Source: the human T2T-CHM13v2.0 reference genome, Homo sapiens. Taken from it: a DNA stretch of 64,000 bases. Each line of letters begins with the position of its first letter. Positions within the stretch are counted from its first letter, which is position 1. Under the pieces are notes generated by a model. The model ran no database searches and was not told the DNA's origin. It was given only the letters and a program-made list of their open reading frames with translations. The position numbers were made by a program, and so were the translations under genes. The stretch lies in assembly GCF_009914755.1 (NCBI RefSeq), contig NC_060925.1; one strand, written 5' to 3'. This document shows positions 1 to 14,565 of the stretch, piece by piece.

Positions 1-565
1 CTCTGTAACAAAAGACAGATTAACAGGAAAAAAACAAACACAAGTTTATTAACATGTGTACCTGGTAGATAACCAGGGAAAACAGGAAATCTCCAAGAGG
101 TGGCTTTGAATTCAGATTTAAATATCATCTTCAGCTGACACAAAGAAAGAAGGATATGGAGGGGGCAGTGATGGGGGGGAGGTAACCAGGAAATCAGGGT
201 AAACAAGGCTGAAGTATGTTATGCAGATTTAATGTGGTACCTTCTCCATTGATAAGAGTCTCTAGTGATTTAATAGAATGTTTTTCTTTCTGCAACAGAG
301 AGGGAGACACCCTTACAAATGGAGATTTTCTTTATAGATATAAATTTTTCTTACAAAAGAATAACTTTTACTCTGTTTTCAGGGCTTTTCCTGTGGCTGC
401 TGAATCTTAAAATAATCCTCGTGCCAGAGGCATATTTTGGGATGGCATATTCTGCTCTGCTACAAAGGGGATGTTGGCAGTGTGGTTAGATAATTTTTAG
501 AGGATGAAGAAGGAGGAAAGGAGGGCACAGGTTGAAGAAGTAGCCCCAGCAAAGGTGTGGGCACA

Positions 566-1430
566 TGTCTTAGTCCATTTTGTGCTGCTATAACAAAATA
601 CTGGGTAATTTGTGAAGAAGAGAGATGTATTTCTTATGGTTCTGGAGGCTGAGAAGTCCAAGATCAAGCATCTGCATCTGGTTAGAACCTTCTTGCCATG
701 TTGTGTCATAACATGGCAGAAGACATCACATGGTGAGAGAGTGTGCCAGAAAGGGCAAGAGGAGACTTACCTCATTTTTGTAACAAACTCACTCCCAAGA
801 TAATGACAATCTGTAAGCAGATAGGGAGGGTCTTCAGGGACCATAGAAATCCATCTAGTTTGAGAAATCCACCTGCTTTACAGCTTCCTATCTTATAGTC
901 TGATGTTTTCAAGCCCTGTGTGGAATGTGGTCTCCTAGTCAGCTGAAACCAGCTCCTGACAGAGACCAGCAACTTCCAGATGGATCAGAGTAAACTTTCT
1001 TCATTGCCATACTAAATTCTACACCTCAGGAGGATGTATAGCTTCATTATCATAACATATGGCCTAGTGCCAGCGTGATGACTCACTGCACCTACGCCAG
1101 TGAGACCCTCCTCTACATACGATGATGCATCTTCTCCCCTGTCCATTGCCCCATTAAACCCTCCTGTCACTTTCCCTTGGGAGCACTGCTTTGGAGAATC
1201 CTCTTCCTACCTGTGACAAACAATTAAATTCCTATTGATCAAAACCTGCATTCTCGTGGAGAGTCATTTGGTACTTGCCAGGCAAATGGACCCCAGTTTT
1301 TTGAGTAAAAAATCCATTCATGAGGGCTCTGCCATTAACACCTCCCATTAGGATCCACCTCCCAACACTGTTGCATTGGGGATTAAGTTTCCAACACATG
1401 AATTTGGGGGGACACATTCAAACCATAGCA
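566..1430 (-). mobile_element. MaLR LTR (MLT1A/MST-like), split by a nested LTR
   Basis: Starts tgtcttagtccattttgtgctgctataacaaaatac, ends attcaaaccatagca; 5-bp TSD gcaca at 561-565 and 1431-1435. Confidence 0.8.
812..1310 (+). mobile_element. ERV1-class solo LTR nested in the MaLR
   Basis: Starts TG; 4-bp TSD aatc (808-811 / 1311-1314); interrupts MaLR sequence. Confidence 0.65.
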
Positions 1431-2386
1431 GCACATTGGTGACTTTTGTTAATACCAAGTTTTAATGCTGGGAGATTAAAACATAGCAATGAAGCTGAAG
1501 AACAGTCTGGAAAAATGGCTTGGGACCCATTCAAGAGGGGTCTTGAGCACTCTCCTAAGGAGTCTGATGTTCATTCTGTTGGCAACAGGACACCACTGAA
1601 GGTTTTGAGAAGAGAAGAAATGATGCACCTTGAAATGAAGCTGTAGGCAGTAACTTCTAACATGGGAGACAGAGAAGCAAGAGTTTGAAAAGAGAAGGAT
1701 TTGTTAGGAGGCCTCTGCACATGAACAGGTCAGGAGAGACAGAGCAACAGCCTGAATTCCAGTCGTGGGGAGGATAGAGGAAACCAGAACAAAATAAAAA
1801 GAGAACTGACAAGAATCAGCGATGGATTAGCCATGAAGATGAGGAAGAGGAAGAAGTAAAAAAAGAATGAGTTTTGTAGCCCAGATAGCTGTGTGATAAC
1901 ATTAAGTGGCATCAAGGACCTGGAGAGAAAAAAGAGGTATAAAGGAAGAAGAGTGAGTTCAGTTGGGAACATGGAGAACTCAGATATCCTGAAGACAACC
2001 TCGTGGAAATCCCCAGAAGACAGATGGAAACTCAAGACCAAGTCAGAGATATTTGGGCTCAAGAAGAGGTGGGGATTTGCGAGTTAACAGTATCAGGGAG
2101 CCTGAGAAGGAGACTGAGACGGAAACCCAAGGGAATGCAGAGCTGATGACAGAGAGCACAGACAAGTCCTTGATAGCTAAAGATGATGAAGCCACCCATA
2201 GGTAATCAGAGTCAAAAAGAAGAAATCTAGGAGGGATGGGACAATGAGAAAGTGGAGCCCCAGAGTATACAAAGTTGCTTCAACTCCCAGGGCCTTGTGG
2301 GAAATAAGAATTTCTATTTTTGTGAGAGCCATAGGAGTGTTGAGAAAAACAACATGCGAATATTCTGAGTTATTCAGGAAAGATCA

Positions 2387-2683
<297 letters not shown>

Positions 2684-2834
2684 GATGCATTCAATGTGAT
2701 ATGACTATAGACTCTTCTGAGTTATTCAGAAAGATTTATATATCTCAGATTATTATGACTTTGCTCTCTTCAGATTAATCCTCTCTTAATGAAATAAAAC
2801 AAAATCTTTTTTCATCACTTTATAATCATAGATA

Positions 2835-3365
2835 TGTGAAAGGAAAATAAATCTTGGGACCCCAAAATCACTAAGCCAAAGGGAAAAGTCAAGCTGGGAA
2901 GGGCAAACCTGCCTCTCATTCTCTTCTTTAAAAAGATAGCTACTAAAATAAAAAAGCTATATACCTACCTCACAAGGAATTTCCTTGTGGACAAAGGAAA
3001 GACGGAACTCAAAATCATCCCTCTGCTCACTGAGGTAAGTGCATATCTGATTGCCTCCTTTTGAAAAGCTAATCAGAAACTCAAAAGAATGCAACTGTTC
3101 ATCTTTTATCTACCTATATGACCTGGAAGCTCCTCTACTCACTTCAAGTTGTTCTGCCTTTCTGGACCAAACCAATGTTCATCTTACATATATTGATTGA
3201 TGCCTCATGTCTCCCTAAAATGTATGAAACCAAGCTGTGCCCCGACCACCTTGGGCACATGTCATCAGGATCTCCTGAGGCTGTACCATGGGCATCCATC
3301 CTTAACTTTGGCAAAATAAACTTTCTAAATTGACTTAGACCTGTATCACATATTTGGGGTTCACA
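2835..3365 (+). mobile_element. MER4A-like ERV1 solo LTR
   Basis: tgtgaaaggaaaataaatcttggg...aataaa...ggttcaca; TG...CA ends. Confidence 0.8.
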
Positions 3366-3729
3366 GATGGTTGAAATATTATAAAGAAATAAAAACTTCC
3401 ATTAATGTCACTTCCATCCTTCATTGGCTCCAGCCAAAAACATTGTCATCATTGCCAACTCCTCCCTCTGTTTCTACTGCATATTTAACAGAAGCACAGA
3501 GCTTATAAACTCTCTTTGCAAAATGTGTCCAGAATCCGATTCTTCCTCATGACCTCTGCTGCAGCCAGACTGGCCCATGCCTCTGTCCCCTCTTACCTGT
3601 GTGTGGCCACAGCCTCCTGGCAGTTTCACTGCTGCTCCTAAAATCACCTCTCCACTCAACAGCCAGAAAGGTCCTGATAAAATGCAGGCAGGGCCCTGTC
3701 ACTCTTTAGTTCAAACTGTCAGTGACTTT

Positions 3730-4074
3730 TGTCTTAGTCTGTTTGTTCTGCTATAACAAAATACCTGAGATGCTATTTTATAAATAATGGAAATTTACTT
3801 CTCACAGTTCTGGAGGCTGGGAAATCCAAGATTAAGGCCCTGGACAGGTTTGTTGTCTTGTCAGGGCCCTCTTGCTGTGTCCTCACATAGAAGGGCAGAA
3901 AGGACACCTAAGCTAGTTCCTTCCAGTCATCTTATAGGCACTAATCCATTCGTGAAGGCAGAGCCCTCATCACTTAATTACTTTCCAAAAAGGCCCTATC
4001 TCTTAATACTATCACAATGGGGAGTAAGTTTCAACATGAATTTTAGAGGGGACACCATCATTCAAACCACAGCA
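3730..4074 (-). mobile_element. MLT1A-like MaLR LTR within L2-like sequence
   Basis: tgtcttagtc...ttctggaggctgggaaatccaagat...caaaccacagca. Confidence 0.75.
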
Positions 4075-4646
4075 ACTTCCCATCTCACTAAAGTAAAATC
4101 CAAAGTTGTTCCAATGGCCTAAAGGCCGGACATAACCCAGCTTCTGCTCTCTCCCTCCATCTCTCTCCCAGCTATTTCTAAACTTTTCATGTCTGTGTTC
4201 CTGTGCTTCCTTTCCCTACCTGCTCTCCTCCTGAATATCCACCCAGCCCATTCCTCCACGTTTTTCAGGTCTTTACTCAAAGGCCATATCCTCAGAGAGG
4301 TCTTTTCAGACCTTTCAATTTACAATTGAATGCTTACCCCTTCTATACACACACCTCCTTTCCTTATCCTCTCCCCACCCTCTGCTTTATTTCTCTTCTA
4401 ATAAGATGCTGTCGATACTACATAATTTACCCATTTATTTGATTATTTTCTGTTTCCCTAAACTAGGATGTTACCTAAAGACAAGGATAGTTGTGTTTTG
4501 TTCACCGGTGTGTTCCAAGGACTAGAAAAGTGCCTGACACCTTGTGGGTGCTCAAACATCTATGTGGAATGACTGACTGCAGCCTACGGGATGATGCCAC
4601 CTTCTATGTGGGCTGTGATGAGTTGCCCCTCATTCCATGCCAGGGT

Positions 4647-4665
4647 CTGCCAGTAGATGGCGCGA
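4647..4665 (+). promoter_or_regulatory. CTCF motif (forward)
   Basis: ctgCCAGTAGATGGCGCga fits CCASYAGRKGGCRS. Confidence 0.6.
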
Positions 4666-4894
4666 GCAGCAGTTGAATCCACTTTGCAGTTTCTCCTGTG
4701 TTTGTAGAATCAGCCTTCTCCTCATGGCATAGCTTCGTCCTCCCCAAGACACCAACTCATCAGAGGTCTGAGTTTCAGCTCGACAGGGTCTCTTTTTAAA
4801 GTCTTAATAATTCCAACCTCATCCCTTTGTTCACTCAGCCCCACAGACAGTGGCTTCCTCCTGCAGTTGCTAACGCCATGACACCGTGAAGTGC

Positions 4895-5178
4895 TTTTTT
4901 TTTTTGAGACAGAGTTTTGTTCTGTCACCCAGGCTGGAGTGTAGTGGTGCGACCTTGGCTCACTACAACCTCTACCTCCCGGGTTTAAGTGATCCTCCTG
5001 CCTCAGCCTCCTGAGACAGGCGCATGCCACCACATCTGACTAATTTTTGTATTTTTAGTAGAGATGGGGTTCACCATGTTGGCCAGGCTGGTCTCGAGCT
5101 CCTGGCCTCAAGTGATCTGCTTGCCTTGGCTTTCCAAAGTGCTGGGATTACAAGCATGTGCCATTGCACCCAGCCTGC
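4895..5178 (-). mobile_element. Alu
   Basis: Poly-T then reverse Alu consensus. Confidence 0.93.
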
Positions 5179-5737
5179 GGTACTCTTTTTATCCATTCAG
5201 TTACTAGTTATAATGTTATACTTTCTTGACAATTTGTTGCATTAAATTCTTTCTGTCCAAATAACTGGTGCAGTTTTAGTCTCCCAATGTATGGACACGG
5301 CAGATACAAGACACCACTCAGGATAACCACCTGTGCCTACAGCCTTCCCGCCTGGCCTCATACCTGTAACCCAGGTGCAGAGGGTGGGCAAGGGCTCCCT
5401 GGCCCTCCCAATCCAGCTTCCATTGAAGGCAACTCCTGTTTCACACTCTCCTCTGTTCCACAGACCCTCTTCTGAACCCTGACATGAAGCTCGTGCTTCT
5501 CTGTACCCTCACCACTCCCTACAACTGTCCCCACCATTGCTCCTATCATCTCATTTTGAAGCTGCTTGTTTTTACACTTGTCCCCCTCTACAGACTGGTG
5601 ACACACCCAAAGGCACGGCCATATATTATTCATATCTGTAACCCTACTGCCTTGCATACTTCACCCTTGCCCCACTCATAGTAGCTGCTCAGTAATATTT
5701 AATGAGCCTAATAAACATTTGACAACCCAGATATTTC

Positions 5738-6155
5738 TTTTTTTTATTTTATTATTATTATACTTTAAGTTTTAGGGTACATGTGCACAATGTGCAGGTT
5801 AGTTACATATGTATACATGTACCATGCTGGTGTGCTGCACCCATTAACTCATCATTTAGCATTAGGTATATCTAATGCTATCCCTCCCCCCTCCCCCCAA
5901 CCCACAACAGTCCCCAGAGTGTGATGTTCCCATTCCTGTGTCCATGTGTTCTCATTGTTCAATTCCCACCTATGAGTGAGAACATGCGGTGTTTGGTTTT
6001 TTGTCCTTGCGATAGTTTACTGAGAATGATGATTTCCAATTTCATCCATGTCCCTACAAAGGACATGAACTCATCATTTTTTATGGCTGCATAGTATTCT
6101 GTGGTGTATATGTGCCACATTTTCTTAATCCAGTCTATCATTGTTGGAGATTTGG
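5738..6155 (-). mobile_element. 5'-truncated L1PA (ORF2 C-terminus plus 3' UTR) with 17-bp TSD
   Basis: L1PA 3' end; ORF2 peptide WIKKMWHIYT...SLIGGN; TSD gacaacc(c)a[g/c]atatttc at 5721-5737 and 6156-6172. Confidence 0.93.
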
Positions 6156-6618
6156 GACAACCCACATATTTCAACAGGATGTGAAAGCCACTCATTTTAA
6201 TGAACAGTCCAACCTGATATAAATACAAAAAAAAATCCATGTGTCAGTAAAAAAAAAAAGAAAGAAAGAAAAAAAGAAAAAGAGAGAGACAGAAAGAAAC
6301 TAGAGTCTTTGCTTTAATCACCCCCATGTAAAACCAAACCTTCAGATAAAAAGAAATATGGCCAGTCTCCAGTGAGTCTCTTTCCTCATAATGTTGGGCT
6401 TTAATTATATTTTCATGAAGTCTGCATGTTATTATTTATATTTCTATGTCGATATTTGCACAGTTGTCGGAGTTTTTGAGGAAGCCTTTTCTCTCTGAGC
6501 CCAGAGATGGCTGCACATCTCTTGGAAGGGATGCTGAGGTCCCAAGACAGCCAACCTCCCTCCTGAGACTAGAAAGCATTATCAGCCAGGCTTTTCTTCA
6601 CAATCTCAATCTGTTCAC

Positions 6619-6650
<32 letters not shown>

Positions 6651-6710
6651 TTCTGTCTCTCTTCTTCCCTCTCTTCCTTTCCCCTCTCTTCCTCCCTCCT
6701 CTCCTTTCTG
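6619..6710. repeat. CT-rich polypyrimidine repeat
   Basis: (CT)n followed by a C/T-only tract. Confidence 0.85.
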
Positions 6711-9700
6711 GTAGAGCATCTAATAGAATCATTTGTGCAATAGATAACAATCCTGTTATAGCTGCTGGTGCTTCCCCTGTGTAATTAGGAAGTGCATTGT
6801 TGTGTAATTCAGAAATTAATTAGTAGTAAATGTTTCAAGAATGCAGGTGGAAGTGGGAGCCGACTGTGCTCCATCAGCCGTGCATCTGGATTGCTTTCCA
6901 ACTCCAGGGAAACATCTCCGGGCTCACCCAGGGACATCCACCATAGAGGACACCACCTGGCCTTTGTGGTTCTGAGGGTTGGCACTCCCTTCTTCACCCT
7001 CAGCGGTGAGGATATAGCTACAAAGGCCACAAGCCGGCTGCATATCAAGGTGCTCTGACCCACTGCTAGGCAGCAGCCATAGAAGGTGTCTCTTGCTGCC
7101 CAAAGAGCTCTCAGGGCCTTTCCAGCCCAGGGAATGGATGGGGTAGATGTTACCATGCAACCTGAATCTTGGGGAGTCCAGAGATTTTTCTCTATCTGGG
7201 GAGTAGCCTGAAATTATTTCTCTCTGATATAGAAAGGAAAATTACACATTGGTAACATAGACAGGATCATGGAACAGAAGACAGGACTAAGCAAGGAAGA
7301 CGACTGCTTCCTGGCCCAGGCTATCCTTTTGGGGCTGCAGTGATGGCCTCAAAGACAAGGTGAAGCTCAACCTCCTCCAGAAGATTGTGGGCTTCCCCAT
7401 GCAGGCTCCAGTTTATCCTATCCTCTTGCCTTCTCTCATGCTGTTCCCTCTGTCTGGAATACCTTTCCCTCTCCTTTACCAGGGCCTCGCACAGTACCTA
7501 GACTATAGCTGATGCTTAATAAATATTTACTGGATGAATGAGTGAAATTCTACCTGTCAAATTTCTACTCATCTTGCATGAAGCCTGCCTTGTTTCCTGA
7601 GTCAGCATTAACCTCTCTCTCCTCTTGGCTGGCTTGATTTTTCTGTACATCTCCTACAGCACTTACGTTATGCTGTTTCAAATTACTACTACCTGTATAT
7701 GGGCCTGTCTCCTCCATTCAATGGCAAGCTTACTGGTGGCAAGGACTTGTTCATCTTTGCATCTCTTCTCAGCAACTCCCCGTGCAAACACTGAGCCTGA
7801 CATGTAGTTGGTGCTTAAGAAATGTTTATTGACTGAATTACTGAGTAGAATTAAAGACAGTGACTCCATCCCCTGAAAGACTGCCCGCTCCCCTTGGGAT
7901 GGTGGGGGTTCCCATTTCAGGTAGCCAGGAGAAGCTGAAGGGCCAAACAGGAGCAGTCCATGCCTGCTGGGTAAATCCACTGTGCAAATCCACTCATTAG
8001 TATCCATGAAGTTCTGGAACAGACTCCCCGGCAATCCCTTCCAGAGCATACACAGGATAATTTTGACTGCGGGATGATTTTTGGCTTGAATTTCATCACC
8101 AGATCATGCCTCTCATCTCCTAATCCTCTCTTCCTTGTTGAACTGAATTCAATTCAACACGCCTAAATTGAAGGCTTATAATACACACAGAACCGCAGAA
8201 CCTTCTAAAATCCCGGCGAGTTTCCATCTGCTTTCCTCTGTTTTTACTAACAGAGCTATTCCCTTCCATGGAAACTGAGAAGCTGATTCTCTTTGGCAAT
8301 GCCCTTCCCCTGAGCCTGGCATCCTCAGAGGCTCAGATAGGCCAGGATTAGCACAGCCCTGCCCCCACTGGCCAACAGGAACACTTGATAATACAACTCT
8401 GAGAATATCTCTGAACCTCAGGATCCTCTATCTTATATTGAAAATTGATCAGGACCAAAGGGAAGCCCAGCAGACAAGGCTCAATAGATGCTAACAAGAC
8501 CTGAACTCTGCTTCTAACAATAACTAGAAAAGCAATAATCATCACCGATATTTATGGCGAGTCTCCTGGGGAATGGGCACTTTCTGCATGCCTTTGTACA
8601 GTGTCTCACTGATTCTGACAACAATCCTATAAGGTATATATCTATTACTATCTCATTTTACCAATAAGGAAACTGAGACACAGGGAAAGTAAGATGACAG
8701 TTGAGGAAATCCGTAGACATCTTTTTGAAGGGGGGCGGAAGCAGCAATCAAATGTTTTAATAGTGAATGAATGAATGAAATGAAATTTCAGCCCAGGGGA
8801 GCCCTTTCAGGGAGTGTAAACTTTCTCTTTTCTTCTCTTCTCTCCACCAGTGAGCTGCTTCTTTAATGGGCAGGATAATTCACTAAGGACTCCAGCTTCC
8901 TTCCCTCTGCGGTCAGGTGAGCGGGTGGTCAAGCTGTGTGCTCTCTGGCCTCAGGGGACAACTGTGACCAAGAGAGGCAGCCTGAGGAGAATGCCTTTGG
9001 GATTTTTCTTCTCTCAAAGCTGAAGCTCTGGGAGGGAGTCAAGAGTGATCGGGGAGGAAAGATTCAGAGGAAGTGGGGATTCCTAAAGGCCAGGAAAAAG
9101 AGGCCCACAGCAGAGACTCGTTCCCACACCCAGGCAGCGGCTCCCAGCCCAGTTAGTGTTGGAGTCCACGGGGCTGGAGCAGGAGATGTCACCTCCAAGG
9201 ACAGGCAGGCTTCGACAGCAACCAGGGTGGAGTGAAAATTAGACATCCTTTTCCCATTTTGCTGTCCCTGTAAATCATTCTGTGTAGCCCTGGGGAGAGG
9301 GAGGAAGCTGGGTAGAATGGGAATTCCGTGTGAGATTTAATTAGACTGAGAAACAAGTAAAGCACATTTCATATTGCCAGAGCCCTTTTTTAAAAGTACA
9401 ATTATTTGTTAATCACTCAATGGCATGGAGAAAGTGGAAGACTGCTCTAGATTAAAAGGTGCAAGCTAGGGGTCTTCTTTGAGTCCTCATCCAAATAAAC
9501 CAACTGTAAGAGTATATTTTGAAGCCAATCAAGGAAATTTGAATATAGATTGGTTATTAGATATGATTAAAGAATTCTTGTGAATTCTGTTTGGTTGGAG
9601 AATGGTGCTGTGGTTGTGTCATAAAATGTCCTTTCCTAGACATCCATAATGGAGGGTAAAATGTCATGGTATCTGTGATTTACTTCAGCAAAAAATGACA

Positions 9701-9838
9701 AAATAGGTATGATAAAATATTAAAATCTTTTTTTTTGAGATGGAGTCTCACTCTGTCCTAATTCATAATGATGGGGCTTCAATATACTGTTCTTTTACTT
9801 TTACTTATATTAGATTTATGTAATATAAGTAATATCTG

Positions 9839-10140
<302 letters not shown>

Positions 10141-10691
10141 ATCTAAATACATAAATAAATATATAAATTTGTATATAATTTGATAAGTACATAATAAACA
10201 AAAAAATTTATATAGAAATAAACATGTTAAATATAAAGACATAAATATAATAGAAATGTTTTCACAAAGAAAAATGTCAACAGATGGTGGTTAATGAAAG
10301 GATCTTCCCTCATTCCTCCAGCCCCTGGCTCTGCTCCAGAGCATAACGAGGGAGTGAGAGACGCATCGGCAGCCTTCAGCAGACCTTAAGGAACTCAGTG
10401 GCCAGAACTATGCCTCTGCCTTATTTCCATCCCCCATAAGGTCCTACACTTAACTAGTGAACCCTTCCAAAATTGTGAAGAGCCAACATCTGTCTTCACA
10501 GCTTGCAAACTCCAAATGATCACCCTGTCCCCCATTAGTGAGCCCTCTTCTCCATGCAACTGCCACTAGTAAGTGACTAACGTTGTCTTTTCCAAAGACC
10601 AAAACCAAATGGATAAGCTCGGACATGAAGTGCCGCACATCAGACCGGATTACAGGCAGAGGATATCCAGGATGCTTCACTTCATCCTTGT

Positions 10692-11057
10692 TGTCTTAGT
10701 CCGTTCTGGCTGCTGCAACAAAATACTGTAAACTGGGTGCCTTATAAACAACAGAAATTTATTTCTCATAGTTTCGAAGGCTGAGAAGTCCAAGATCAAA
10801 GCACTGGCAGATCTGGTGTCTGTGAGGGCCCCCTTCCTGGTTCATAGAGGGCCATCTTCTCACTGTGTCCTGGAAGGGTAGAAGGGACTAGGAAGCTCTC
10901 CTGTGCCTTCTAGAAGGGCACTAATCCCATTCATGAGGACTCCACTCTCATGACTTAATCACCTCCCAAAGACCCCCCCTCCAGACATCCTCACAGTGGG
11001 GGTTAGAATTTAATGTATGAATTCAGGACTGGGGGCACAAATCTTCAGGCCATAGCA
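10692..11057 (-). mobile_element. MLT1A-like MaLR LTR
   Basis: tgtcttagtccgttctggctgctg...catagca. Confidence 0.8.
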
Positions 11058-11107
11058 CTTATTGTAACACACAGATGGCCTCCATAGTCACACCACTTAT
11101 AACCAAC

Positions 11108-11403
11108 GCCAGGCATGGTAGCTCATACCTGTAATCTCAGCACTTTGGGAGGCTGAGGTGGGCAGATTGCTTGAGTCCCAGAGTTCAAGACCAGCCTGGG
11201 TAATGTGGTGAAACCCCATCTCTACCAAAAATACAAAAAATTAGCTGGATGTGGTGGTGCATGGCTGTAGTCCCAGCTACTCAGGAGGCTGAGGCAGGAG
11301 AATCACTTGAGCCCAGGAGGTAGAGACTGCAGTGAGCTGAGATCACACCACTGCACTACAGCCTGGGTGACAAAGCGAGAGCCTGTCTCAAAAAAAAAAA
11401 AAA
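11108..11403 (+). mobile_element. Alu
   Basis: Alu consensus with poly-A. Confidence 0.93.
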
Positions 11404-13824
11404 GAGAGAGAGAAAGTGAAAAGGTGGCAGAGGGTTCCACCTCTAAGTGGATTCTTTCTGATGCTATCTTTTCTGAAGTGGAGAGGTCAGTGGGCATCTT
11501 GGTTATTTACCATCAATGATGTCAACTCTCAAGGTCAGCCAACCTCATACATAAATTGAAGGAAAGGGTTAACATATGGATGGAAGACATGGTTGGGAGA
11601 CTGAGAGGAGAGCAGAGAAGAGGTAGCCTAGCTTATGGTGGAACTGCCACATCCCAGAGCCAGAGCTAGAAGCAATGACAGGGGTTGGGGCTCAGAGGGA
11701 ATGAGAACACCCAAGGCTGCAGAGATGCTGGACATCGAAGAAGCTGGCAGGCTGAGCCTGCCCCAACTCAGAATAACAGCTGGTATGAGAGAGAAGCCAG
11801 CCAATGAGCCAGACAGAGACCACCCAGGTGGGCCGGGAGCCTGTCTGCCAGTTGTGATGGGCCCTTGTGCATAACCCCGCAGAGCCGGGCTGCTGAGACA
11901 CGGCTGTTGCCAGGACCTTGGCCAGGAAGAGCCTCCTGTTGCCTGCGGATGGGCTGTCTGCCTGGCTCTCCCAGCCCTGCTCCAAGCTGCTTCTGTGATT
12001 GTGCATAATTACAAAAAGCCCTGCCTGGGCAGGTGGATGTGAGGAGAAAGCTAATCCATGACTCTCGGCAGGAAACTGGAGCTCACTGAAGATGGTCTTG
12101 TTGTGGTGGAATTACCTAGAATATTTAGGACGCCCCAAACACCTCTCACCAAAATGTCAGCTTCCGTGTTCCAGAAGGTCTCAGATGAGTCTGGGACTTG
12201 CATGGTGTCTTGTGTTTCTTCCTATTTACTAGTAAGGAAACAAACTGTGCCTTTAATAGGTGACACGAATTGATTCTGAAGGCTAGGGAGGGTGGGAGGG
12301 CAACAGAGGAAGAGGAAGACCCCCGTGACTCCAGGCTGACTTCACCACACCCCTACTCCCACTGGGGGAATCAGAGATCCATGGGGTTCTCTGCACAAAT
12401 CAAAGACCCCATGACATGGGAGGCACCACGGCTTTCTCTGCTCCTGGCGTTGTCAGGGTGGGGAGAAGACTGGGGAGGGACCGGCTCAGCAGGAGACCCT
12501 GCAGGGGCCACATCTCCTCCTAGAGCTCCACAGCCTTTCAACCCCCAGCACCTCCCTGCCAACAGAGACCCAGCTTTGATGAATCTGCACCTCAATGGCA
12601 GTCCCCACTGGGGCTTCTGCTGCCAGGGGCTACTGTGTCATCTGTGAGGGACCAGTGCAAACACATCCTCTCTGCTGGGAAAGCACAGAGAGGCGCCTGC
12701 TCTACAGTCTACAGAGCCTCCTCTTCTGCAAAGGGAAAGACAGAGTTCACATTCATTAAGCGTCTACTTTGCACCAGGCATTGTTCTAGGCTTTGAGGGA
12801 ACAAAGAAAACTCCATCTCTGCATCCACAGACTATCCATCTGGAGCGGGGAAGACAAGCAAGTCAACATGTTAATGCAATAAAGTGTGGTGCCGGCTCCC
12901 AGAGGGGAAGTGCAGGGCGCTGTGGGAGCAGTGGATTCCAGGAGACACTGAGCTCTCCTGAGATGCAGCCACATCTAGGGGGAAGGACAAGGCCATGACT
13001 AAAAGCATCATCTCCCACTGCCTTCATCTTGGGGGAGAAGGAAGCAAAGGGCACACTCTCAGGTGTTTGAGAGGGAAAATGTAGTGCTAGGATCTTTAAC
13101 CTGCTTCTTGGGCTGTATTGGTAAGGAGTCCTCAGAACAGTCCTTACCTCGGACCCAGGACCCTGAAAGCAAAGGATGTTTTGTAATGAGATAGTATTTT
13201 ATTTATTACCAGACTATTCCCTCAAGTAGTTGAACCCTGCGGGGCTTCAAAATGAAACTACCTGTTTCAAGTTGATTATAACATAGCACTTTCTATTTAG
13301 GGAGAATTGGTTTTGGTCCTCTACAGTGAATAGAGTGAAGACTTGTACCTGGTCGGCATGTCAATGAGCATGAGAATCACACCAGCTGGGCACAGGAGCA
13401 GGCTGCATGGCCTCTCCAGGCAGCCGGAGTGTGGCCGTGCACACACCTGCTGAGTCCTGCTGACAAAGCTTCTCCCTCTTATCCCTGACTGGACGAGGAA
13501 GGACCCCTTTTCTTCTGGGACCCGCAGGCTGCTAAAACAACTATACCTCTTTCTCTCCCATCAGATTAACAGAGCCCTCCCTGCAGTGGTGCGATGGCAG
13601 AGCCCCTCCCTGAGCAGTGAGAGCCCAGAGCTTTTACGTCCTGTCTTCAGTTAAGGGCCTGCCCCTTCCTCCCGACTGGGTCTTGGGAGACTGAAAGGCA
13701 GCATTGAAGCCAACTGGTGCTTGCCGTACTTAAGAGTCATATTCCTATAAGGAACATTCATCTAGATCTACTTCCGGAAAGAGAAAATTAATCCATAATC
13801 AATCAGACTGATCCAGGGCCAAAG

Positions 13825-13826
<2 letters not shown>

Positions 13827-13853
<27 letters not shown>
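13827..13853. repeat. (TG)n microsatellite
   Basis: Perfect TG run. Confidence 0.9.
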
Positions 13854-13855
<2 letters not shown>

Positions 13856-14359
13856 TCTCCTTGATATTTCATGTCTGCATAGAACAACCAGCTATGCAGA
13901 CATAGAGTTTGCTTTGAACAACCAGCCCTGTCCCCATTCCTCCCTTAGGGACACCATGGCTGTGCCATCTATTTTCTTACTAACAACAGAGATGCCAGCA
14001 TTCAGCTGTGAGCAAAACTAACCTGAACTGCCTTTCCCCTCTAGCTATTTGCCAGGTAAGAATTCTCCTCAGTACAGTCCAGCAGTCTCCCATGTCTGCA
14101 AATAAGGAAGAAAGCCCTGTTCTCCCAGCATCCCATCCCTGCCCCCTTCCTGGGCTCCTTTCCTGAAGGTGGCCTCCGGATGCATCTCGGTCCACAGAAG
14201 ACTTCTCCTCTGAGAAATTAACCTACACTTTGTATCTTTCAGCAGTTTTGAGTTGTGCCATTTCCCGAGAACATCTTCTTTCCCAAAGCATAAAAAGCCC
14301 AGGATACAGCCCAGATAGCATATCACGAGAGAAAGGTGGAAACCATTCTGGCTCACAAC

Positions 14360-14365
14360 TTTAAT
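14360..14365 (-). terminator. CAPN8: Probable CAPN8 polyadenylation signal ATTAAA (3' UTR about 225 nt)
   Basis: tttaat on +, about 200 nt after the stop, followed by U/GU-rich sequence on minus. Confidence 0.65.
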
Positions 14366-14565
14366 TGATTGCTTTCCCTCCACTGGGCCCACCGGGTCGG
14401 CTTACATAGCTCATAGCTCAGTGCTGCTGAAATAGACCCAGGGCAAGAAAGGTATGAACAACCAGTGAATGCCACTGGAGCATAAATGTTCACAAAATTG
14501 TAGAGAAGGGGTGACAAGAAGCAAGCAGTGGGGCAGGGAGTGTCACTGATGTCCGAAACCCCGGG

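Noticed and set aside
5959-6240. 93-aa ORF with L1 ORF2 C-terminal similarity
   Set aside because: Remnant of a 418-bp 5'-truncated L1; not a gene
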